A DNA stretch of 64,000 nt. Origin: Candidatus Omnitrophota bacterium (lineage in GTDB: Bacteria; Omnitrophota; Gorgyraeia; Gygaellales; Profunditerraquicolaceae). Positions 17,817 through 24,998 of the stretch are shown one piece after another. Under the pieces are notes generated by a model. That model saw only the letters and a list, made by a program, of their open reading frames with translations. It did not search any database and was not told the DNA's origin. The translations under genes and the position numbers were made by a program. Where the stretch lies: assembly GCA_023229385.1 (NCBI GenBank), contig JALNZI010000001.1, positions 26,419-90,418 of the forward strand, read 5' to 3'. Positions within the stretch are counted from its first letter, which is position 1, and the number at the start of each line of letters is the position of its first letter.

Positions 17817-17823
17817 TATGTAA

Positions 17824-17829
17824 ATTATA
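17824..17829 (-). promoter_or_regulatory. -10 hexamer TATAAT
   Basis: 7 nt upstream of ATG 17816. There is no TG extension. Confidence 0.3.
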
Positions 17830-17880
17830 ACTATTGTTTAATAGCTATATATAAATTATATATAATTATTTAATAATTCA

Positions 17881-18107
17881 ATATGTTCTTTAATAATTAT
17901 ATATACTATAAATTATTCAATATATTGTACGAAGTACTAATAAATTAATCAATAATATATCAATACTTTTAAGATATTTAACAATATATATTTAATTCTT
18001 TAATATGTTCTTTAATAATTATATATACTATAAATTATTCAATATATTGTACGAAGTACTAATAAATTAATCAATAATATATCAATACTTTTAAGATATT
18101 TAACAAT
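17881..18107. repeat. tandem direct repeat: two perfect 105-bp copies (17881-17985, 18003-18107), period 122 bp
   Basis: Copies compared base by base. Each holds GTACGAAGTAC and TTAAGATATTTAACAA. A unit has 14 G+C in 105 nt. Confidence 0.9.
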
Positions 18108-18111
18108 TGGA

Positions 18112-18117
18112 TATAAT
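18112..18117 (+). promoter_or_regulatory. -10 hexamer TATAAT facing the C-rich island
   Basis: Context is ttggaTATAATttc, immediately after repeat copy 2. It would start transcription near 18124. Confidence 0.3.
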
Positions 18118-18440
18118 TTCTCTAATTCCCCCTTCCAGCCCCATTGAGATTTGACGAATCTCAGCTAGAAGAAGTACTTCTCTACATTACAAAACTTATG
18201 TCATTAAGAATTATATGTAACGCCCCCCTTTAGATACTCAGTTGTGATTTCGATGAAATCTAGGAATTTCTCTTCCTAATCAACTACCTCTGCCATGCTC
18301 CAGTTGTTAAGATATACTTAACAACCTCCCGTAGGCGTATCTACAATGTCTATGAGCCAGCTTCATCAGCTTTGATTTCTCGTGACTCTCATAAACCTTC
18401 CTCCGATTTCTGTTAGCTCGGAAACTCTAAGCAAAGTATA
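18118..18440 (+). ncRNA. candidate structured non-coding RNA or long structured leader (unclassified); strand uncertain
   Basis: No ORF longer than 11 codons. 40% G+C (121 of 300, hand count for 18121-18420), against 13% in the adjacent repeat. C 79 versus G 42. At least 7 local hairpins or palindromes. Confidence 0.3.
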
Positions 18441-18456
18441 ACAAAAAATTTTGGTT

Positions 18457-18465
18457 TGATATAAT
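18457..18465 (+). promoter_or_regulatory. extended -10 promoter TGATATAAT (TTTGATATAATTA family)
   Basis: 30 nt upstream of ATG 18496. The identical 13-mer recurs at 23431 and 31634. Confidence 0.5.
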
Positions 18466-18495
18466 TACTTAGTAGAACTAAATAAGTAGGTGAGC

Positions 18496-19833
18496 ATGAA
18501 ACATTTTTTAAAATATAGCACCGAATTAATTGATTTAATTTTAGGTGAATTATCCAATGGAGCTTCAGTTAAAGATTTATCTAAAAAATATGCAATAGAT
18601 ACTAGACGCATATATGAATGGAAAAACAAGCATAGAAAAAAAGTAGATGTTTCAATTAAACAAGATTTAGAGATTAAAGAAGAAAACGAAAAAGTAATTA
18701 CTTCAAATTCTAAAGAATTTTTAACAATTGAAGAAGTATTAAGAAAAAATGGAATATCTCAAGATGAATGGGAAGTTACCAATGTAAAGATAAACAATTG
18801 GGAAGATTCATCAGGTGAAGTGCATTATCAAAATAAAATAAATTTAATTAAGAAAAATATTAATTTAACTTATGAAGTACCGGCTCCAATTATAATTAAT
18901 AATAATTCGCATCAATCATATCGTGCAACTTTAAATACAAATTTAAAATGTGCAATAATTTTACCAGACATTCAAACTGGTTTTAGACGAGATGTTAATA
19001 CTGGTAAACTAACTGCTATTCATGATAGAGTTGCAATAGATTTAGCTCTTCAATTAATTAAATATTTAAATCCTCATAGAGTTGTTTTATTAGGAGATAA
19101 TTTAGATTTAGCAGAATTTTCAACTAAATATCAAATTTCAAATGATTTTTATTTTACAACTCAAGCATCTCTAGTAGAACTAGCTTGGTGGCTTGGGCAA
19201 ATAAGATCAATAAATCCTAACATGCAAATTGATTACACACAAGGTAATCATGAAAAAAGACTTGAAAAATATATAAATGAAAAAGCAATTGCATTAAGCG
19301 GCTTAAAAGCTGCAAATAACCTAAATGGATTTCCTTCAATTAGTGTCGAATCGTTATTAGGTTTAGATTCTTTAAATATTAAATGTCATTCATATCCAGA
19401 AGGTAAAGTAGCTCTTAATAGTAATTTAATTTGTATACATGGAGAAACAGCAAAAGGCCAATCTGGTGCAACTGTTTCTGAATTAGTTAAATCAGCCAGA
19501 GTATCAGTAATTCAAGGGCATATACATAGACATGAAGTAGCTGTTAGAACTACTTGGGATGCTTATGATGATTATTATCAATACACTGCTGCATCATTTG
19601 GATGTTTATGTAAAATAGCTCCAGGGGTTGTACCTGGAATGAAGATACGCCAAAATTGGCAAAACGGCATTGGTATTGTTTGGTATGAAGAATCTGGATT
19701 AGAACAATTTAGATTAGAATATGTACCAATTATTAATGGTAGAAGCTTATATGATGGAGTAATATTTAATGGTAGTAATGAATCAGATATTGTAAAAAAC
19801 ATAGAAAGCGACACTAATTATAAAGTATCATGA
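18496..19833 (+). CDS. HTH-domain protein fused to a calcineurin-like metallophosphoesterase
   Basis: The track starts at GTG 18490, but ATG 18496 has better AGG spacing. N-terminal HTH: VKDLSKKYAIDTRRIYEW. MPE motifs: LPDIQTG, LLGDNLD, GNHE, IHGE, QGHIHRH. Confidence 0.65.
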   Translation: MKHFLKYSTELIDLILGELSNGASVKDLSKKYAIDTRRIYEWKNKHRKKVDVSIKQDLEIKEENEKVITSNSKEFLTIEEVLRKNGISQDEWEVTNVKINNWEDSSGEVHYQNKINLIKKNINLTYEVPAPIIINNNSHQSYRATLNTNLKCAIILPDIQTGFRRDVNTGKLTAIHDRVAIDLALQLIKYLNPHRVVLLGDNLDLAEFSTKYQISNDFYFTTQASLVELAWWLGQIRSINPNMQIDYTQGNHEKRLEKYINEKAIALSGLKAANNLNGFPSISVESLLGLDSLNIKCHSYPEGKVALNSNLICIHGETAKGQSGATVSELVKSARVSVIQGHIHRHEVAVRTTWDAYDDYYQYTAASFGCLCKIAPGVVPGMKIRQNWQNGIGIVWYEESGLEQFRLEYVPIINGRSLYDGVIFNGSNESDIVKNIESDTNYKVS

Positions 19834-20129
19834 GCTATTTTAATAAAGAATCTCAAGATAATAAAATAAAAGAATCAGATTTAACTAAAATATTTGCTAA
19901 ATTTCTAGATATTAATGATACTGAAGATAGATTTAAAATACATGACAATATTATTAAAGCTATCAGATTAGTATTAGGGGAATTTAAACCAGAATACGCT
20001 CATTTTATTCAAGAAATAATTGATTTATATTTTGGGGAAATTGAAGTTCCAAATAATATCATTAATGAACCTATTGCAAAAATAAACAAATTCGATACTT
20101 CTGAAAAATTCAAGAAATTAAAGATATAA
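19830..20129 (+). CDS. hypothetical protein
   Basis: 99-aa ORF with ATGA overlap coupling to the upstream gene. Confidence 0.5.
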   Translation: MSYFNKESQDNKIKESDLTKIFAKFLDINDTEDRFKIHDNIIKAIRLVLGEFKPEYAHFIQEIIDLYFGEIEVPNNIINEPIAKINKFDTSEKFKKLKI

Positions 20130-20136
20130 TTACTAC

Positions 20137-22005
20137 ATGTCGAGGTATATTGAATTCGTAGAATGTGGTTTTAAAAATATTTTTAGATATGGGGCTAATT
20201 GGACAGTATTTAAGTTCAATAGTGGATTAACGAATGTATTTGGAAAAAATGGAATAGGTAAATCCACTATATTAGAAGCTCTTCATTATTGTTTGTTTGG
20301 TGAATCATATCGGGGGCTTACTTTAGCCAAATTAATCAATAGATCTAATAAGAAAAATTTTGAAATATATTTAATAATTAAAATAGTTTCAAATGGCAAA
20401 GAAGTTACTTATAAAATATTAAGAGGGCTTGATCCTAAAATTGAACAATTATATATACTAGGAGATCCGAAACCAATAGATATTAACGGTAGATTTAACA
20501 AATATATTATTGATAATTTATTAGGATTTGATGCTAATATTAATAAAAAAGTAATATCAGTTAATCCAAAAAACAATTCATTCACTACAATGTCTTTAGA
20601 TGAAAGACGAAAAGTTATTGATTCAATAGTTAATCTAAGTAAAACTAAAGAATATTTGAAAAATATAAAAGATAAATTAAATGAAGAAGCTACTAAAAAA
20701 ACAATATTAATATCTGATATTGATTTTAATAAGCGTTCGGCTGAACCTTATGAAATAATGATTGCTAAAAATGACATTGATAAAGATAGCAAGATCAACG
20801 CTATTGATTTATCAATATCAAAATGCAAGAAAGAGCAAGAAGATAATAATGTAAAATTAGTAGAATTAAATAATGGATTAAGTGATTTGGATGAAAATAT
20901 CAATAAATTACTTAAAGAAGAGGCTGATTTAAAATCAGTTTATTTATTAAAAAACCCAAAAGAATTAAATAATAAATTAATTAAACTTAAATCAAGTTTA
21001 TTATATCTGAAAAATAAAGCAAAGGATAAGAAAAATGAAATATCTAAAATCATTCCTAATACCATATGTTCTCACTGTGGAAATAGTTATACAGTGGATC
21101 AAGCTAATGATAAAAGACGAGAAGAAACAATAGAATATAATAAAATACTTGAAGATGGTCGTAAAGTTAATGATGAATTAAAATCTCTTAATGATGAAAT
21201 CAATGCGTTAACTAAGGAATATGACAACATTTCTAAATTAACTAATGAAATCATGGCTCTTAAAGATATAAAAAGTCAAAAGGTATATGAGATTAAAATA
21301 ATTGAACAACAAAATCTATTAAGTAGTCGATCTATAGATGAATTAAGTGAAAATAGATTAGAATTATTAAAAGATAACACTAATATTGATTCTATAAAAA
21401 ATAAATTAGCTGAAATTAATAAAAATAAAATTAAATTAGATGTACAATTAGTTGAAATAAACAAGAGCATAGATAATTTGTCATATTCGGCTAAGATGTT
21501 TTCGGACACTGGGCTTAAATCATTAATCTTACGCAAATTTTTGCCCATTTTAAATAAATTAATAAATTTCTATTTAAAAAAGTTTGAACTTAATATTACT
21601 TTCAATATTACCGAAGATTATAAGTATAATATTATTGCAGGAAATGAATATTCAGATGATTTTGATGGGTTATCAGGTGGCCAGCAGCAACGCATTAATT
21701 TGGCTATATTATTTGCACAAACTGATTTAATAAAATTAATAGGTAATTTTAAAACTAATTTATTATTTTTAGATGAATATATTGATGGTGGAGTAGACGA
21801 TGAAGGCTTAAATGCTACTATTAAAATATTAAAACAAATATGTTTAAAAGATAATAAATCAATTGTATTGATTTCTCATAAATTAAATGCAAATATTATA
21901 AAAGAATTAGATTATTTTTATCACGCTAAGAAAATTAATGATAATTTTTCAGAATTAGTAGAAGTTGATTCGAGTTATACATCTGAAATATTACTAGAAA
22001 ATTAA
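20137..22005 (+). CDS. gp46: Rad50/SbcC-like recombination ATPase (T4 gp46-like)
   Basis: 622 aa. Walker A is GKNGIGKSTILEAL. A long coiled coil carries a CSHCG zinc hook. Signature is LSGGQQQRINLA and Walker B is LLFLDEY. Confidence 0.85.
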   Translation: MSRYIEFVECGFKNIFRYGANWTVFKFNSGLTNVFGKNGIGKSTILEALHYCLFGESYRGLTLAKLINRSNKKNFEIYLIIKIVSNGKEVTYKILRGLDPKIEQLYILGDPKPIDINGRFNKYIIDNLLGFDANINKKVISVNPKNNSFTTMSLDERRKVIDSIVNLSKTKEYLKNIKDKLNEEATKKTILISDIDFNKRSAEPYEIMIAKNDIDKDSKINAIDLSISKCKKEQEDNNVKLVELNNGLSDLDENINKLLKEEADLKSVYLLKNPKELNNKLIKLKSSLLYLKNKAKDKKNEISKIIPNTICSHCGNSYTVDQANDKRREETIEYNKILEDGRKVNDELKSLNDEINALTKEYDNISKLTNEIMALKDIKSQKVYEIKIIEQQNLLSSRSIDELSENRLELLKDNTNIDSIKNKLAEINKNKIKLDVQLVEINKSIDNLSYSAKMFSDTGLKSLILRKFLPILNKLINFYLKKFELNITFNITEDYKYNIIAGNEYSDDFDGLSGGQQQRINLAILFAQTDLIKLIGNFKTNLLFLDEYIDGGVDDEGLNATIKILKQICLKDNKSIVLISHKLNANIIKELDYFYHAKKINDNFSELVEVDSSYTSEILLEN

Positions 22006-22007
22006 CT

Positions 22008-22014
22008 CTAAATA
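22008..22014 (+). promoter_or_regulatory. late-type box CTAAATA
   Basis: 16 nt upstream of TTG 22031. The spacer contains a GAGGTG Shine-Dalgarno at 22020-22025. Confidence 0.35.
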
Positions 22015-22030
22015 ATACTGAGGTGTTATA

Positions 22031-22948
22031 TTGCGAAATGCTGAAGAAATAATCAAGGATTTAGGCGAACTCTCTCCGATTGAATGGAATTCGGCTTTAG
22101 CTAAAGAATATGATTTAAGTGAAGAAGAATTTATAAAAATAGTATCTGCATATAATTATACAGTATTGTCTGAGGATAATATTCATCATAAAATGAAACC
22201 TGTCTATGCTATTATTTCTGAAAAATTAACAAATAAACCTATTGAAGATAATAAATCAATTAAAGATATTATTAAAATTTCATTTGTAGTTAGAGATATT
22301 GGCGGTATTTTATTTGAATTAGGGGATGTATTAGATCAAATGATTTTCTGCGGATTTGTTATGCGTGAAAGTCAAATGAGTGCATTAATTATTAAAAATT
22401 GTATTTTCAATAATTGCACAATGGTTGGTACTAATTTTCAATCAACTAGATTCATTCAATGTAAATTTATTGATTGTGATTTTTCTGGAGCCGATTTTAG
22501 CTCAAGTTTATTTATAAAATGCCAATTTTTTGAAAATAATTTTAGAAACGCCACCTGCAATGATTTGAAAATATACGATGGTGCATTTTATAATTGTGAA
22601 TTATTTGAGAGTGATTTTGATGGCTCGTCTGTTGTTAATACCTTAATACATGGCACTAGTTTTGTCAATGGATCATTTAAAAATATTGATTTTTTGAGTA
22701 CTGTTATTACTTATTGCGATTTTAAAAATTCATCATTAAAAAATTCATCATTTCTAGATTGTAATTTAATTTCAATTGATTTACGTGATTCTACTTTGAA
22801 TGGATTAGCATTAGTTGGAACATATAAAAGTGCATTATTAGTAGATGCAATGTATTCTGATTTATTTGAGGGATCTAGTGATGATTCTGAAAACTCGGAT
22901 AGTTCATTTGATGATGGAGATGAGGATAGTAGTTATGCAGATGATTGA
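22031..22948 (+). CDS. pentapeptide-repeat protein with an acidic Ser/Asp tail
   Basis: 305 aa with a TTG start behind GAGGTG. About 150 aa of uninterrupted A(D/N)LxX-type repeats, for example CDFSGADFSSSLFIKCQFFENNFRNATCNDLKIYDGAFYNCELFESDFDGSS. The tail is SSDDSENSDSSFDDGDEDSSYADD. Confidence 0.8.
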   Translation: MRNAEEIIKDLGELSPIEWNSALAKEYDLSEEEFIKIVSAYNYTVLSEDNIHHKMKPVYAIISEKLTNKPIEDNKSIKDIIKISFVVRDIGGILFELGDVLDQMIFCGFVMRESQMSALIIKNCIFNNCTMVGTNFQSTRFIQCKFIDCDFSGADFSSSLFIKCQFFENNFRNATCNDLKIYDGAFYNCELFESDFDGSSVVNTLIHGTSFVNGSFKNIDFLSTVITYCDFKNSSLKNSSFLDCNLISIDLRDSTLNGLALVGTYKSALLVDAMYSDLFEGSSDDSENSDSSFDDGDEDSSYADD

Positions 22949-23435
22949 TCATAATGAAGCAATGTCATTTGAATATGACCCTGATAGAATATTATTAGAT
23001 TCTGGAGAAATGTATTCAGATTATATTAATAAAATAAAGAATACTTATAATTTCAGGTATTACATGCCATCAGTTATTGCTGTTAAAGGTATAAATTATG
23101 ATATTGATAGATTTATCATTATATCAAATATTGTTAGATTAAAATATGCAGCATTACTGGAACTATTCATTGAAGATGAAACTCCTGAAATTTTTTGTAT
23201 AATTTTTGAAAAATATTTAGACGCATTAGCTTGCAATAAAACTGATGTAATTTTTAGAGATGGATTGGGCAATTCAATTTTTCATTATGATGCGGCTCAA
23301 GCTACTCATAGAAAAAATGCATATGAAGTAATAGAATCAGCTTTTAATAGTAACCATATTACTAAAATATCTATATTAAACGACATTAACACTAAAGGCA
23401 TTACTGTATTAGATGTAATTAATTCAAATATTTGA
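22935..23435 (+). CDS. hypothetical protein, possible ankyrin-repeat-like C-terminus
   Basis: The track ORF starts at 22845 inside the upstream gene. ATG 22935 or 22941 overlaps that gene's stop. DGLGNSIFHYDAAQ...INTKGITVLDVI loosely matches ANK. Confidence 0.45.
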   Translation: MQMIDHNEAMSFEYDPDRILLDSGEMYSDYINKIKNTYNFRYYMPSVIAVKGINYDIDRFIIISNIVRLKYAALLELFIEDETPEIFCIIFEKYLDALACNKTDVIFRDGLGNSIFHYDAAQATHRKNAYEVIESAFNSNHITKISILNDINTKGITVLDVINSNI

Positions 23436-23441
23436 TATAAT
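23433..23441 (+). promoter_or_regulatory. extended -10 promoter TGATATAAT (TTTGATATAATTA family)
   Basis: 7 nt upstream of ATG 23449, with no Shine-Dalgarno between. Confidence 0.5.
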
Positions 23442-23448
23442 TAATTTA

Positions 23449-24330
23449 ATGAACGACGAATTAGACATTAATGAAAGTTTAAATGAAGAAGATAATGTAA
23501 TTGAGGATATCTTATCAGAGATAGATTTAATATGCCCTAAGCGAAAAGCCCCCAAAATAGCTAAAAAAGTTAAACGTGAATATGTAAATCCAGTTGAATT
23601 ACGTGAAGAAATATTGAAGCATATCTTTAATAAAAAGATAAATGAAGATTATGTTATGGATAAGAAATTAGCTGTAATGTGCATGAAAATTATTGATGAA
23701 TTATTTGAAAAAGGGAATTTTAGAGGGTATCATAGTGGTTGGAAATATGAAATGAAATCCAAGGCATATGAGAACTTAATTAGATACATACATCAATATG
23801 ATAGTGAATTCGTAGAAAAACCTGACTTTTTTATTAATTGGATTTATAGAGTACACACTCAATTTATTATTGATTTTTTTGTATCTAAAGATTTAAGTTT
23901 TGATGCATTTAAGGATACATTAATTGATGTTAAAAAAAGATTCATAAAAAAAGCTAAAGATCCTAACAAAATAATCAAAGATACCTATAAAAAAGTTACT
24001 GCATCTGATTTTTCAGCATTTTTATCATCTAAAGGATTGGATTATGATGTAGATAAATTTAAATCATATCTATTTGAAATGCATCCAGATTTACAAGAAC
24101 AGTTTGAAGAATATAAATTAAGAAACGCTTTTAATTATGTTACTATGATGGTTTATAGATCAGCTCAACATGTAATTAAAAATGAAAAAAAGAATAAAGA
24201 AGATAATCAAAGACTAGATGAAGCTATATTATATAGAACAGATGATTTTGATGAAGATGCAATTGAACAAGATAATAGATATATAACTTTTGATGAGAAT
24301 AAATTAGATTATGGTGGATTTGAAATCTAA
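23449..24330 (+). CDS. gp55: late-transcription sigma factor, T4 gp55-like (extended)
   Basis: 293 aa. [29 protein letters not shown] aligns with T4 gp55 [52 protein letters not shown] aligns with [23 protein letters not shown] (T4 sequence from memory). Confidence 0.7.
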   Translation: [293 protein letters not shown]

Positions 24331-24982
24331 TAGTATTGTATATATTAATTTAGATAATGTTATGCTAAATTTTTATAAGTCATTTAGAGTAAAGCATTAT
24401 TTTCAAATACTCATAATGAAAAAGCATCCATTAGATTTTAACATATATACATACTACAATAAGCCTAACATTAAAAAAATAGTAGATGAACTTGTTTTAG
24501 ATAATGGTATTGATTTTTGGATTAATTTACCAAAGACTTCAGTGTGTAAATTTTATTGGCATAGATTATCTGAATATACTAATAGAATTTATTTCTTAAC
24601 TAATTATAGAACAGAATCCGAGCAAAAAGGTAAAATAATTTGGGTTAATACTAATCTTAAAATGTATGATAACAATAAGATTATATTTACCAATAATATT
24701 CCAAAATATGCTAAATCAAAATTATTTAATAATATTTTAATTGATAGTAATAGTAAAATGATTGATAGTTGGAATAATGCAGGTGGTATTGGGTTATTAG
24801 ATTTAAATAAAAGAGCGGTTGCTAGTTATTATATAGATAAATCAATAGTTCCTCATTTAGAATTATACAAGGGAGTTAGTTTATTGGCGGATATCCCTCA
24901 ATCAGCTAGAAGATTGCATAGAATTAGTAAATATAACGAAGATATTAGGTCAGTGTCTCTAGATGATTGTAATATGATTTAA
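24311..24982 (+). CDS. hypothetical protein (distant 5'(3')-deoxyribonucleotidase/HAD-like N-terminus)
   Basis: 223 aa. INLDNVMLNF resembles VDMDGVLADF, but the first Asp is replaced by Asn. Confidence 0.4.
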   Translation: MVDLKSNSIVYINLDNVMLNFYKSFRVKHYFQILIMKKHPLDFNIYTYYNKPNIKKIVDELVLDNGIDFWINLPKTSVCKFYWHRLSEYTNRIYFLTNYRTESEQKGKIIWVNTNLKMYDNNKIIFTNNIPKYAKSKLFNNILIDSNSKMIDSWNNAGGIGLLDLNKRAVASYYIDKSIVPHLELYKGVSLLADIPQSARRLHRISKYNEDIRSVSLDDCNMI

Positions 24983-24998
24983 TTGTTAAAATTAAACT

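Noticed and set aside
17881-18107. CRISPR array
   Set aside because: There are only two copies. The units are 105 bp with a 17-bp linker, not 25-40-bp repeats with unique spacers. No cas genes are present.
18221-18300. tRNA or tmRNA in the GC-elevated island (CTCAGTTG resembles a D-loop; GAGAT/ATCTC resembles a T-arm)
   Set aside because: No acceptor-stem complementarity or cloverleaf could be built. The 7-nt loops do not match TTCRANY, and there is no CCA context.
24311-24982. Active 5'(3')-deoxyribonucleotidase (HAD/NT5C)
   Set aside because: Only the motif I neighbourhood resembles NT5C, and the nucleophile Asp position reads Asn (INLDNV). It is kept as hypothetical.
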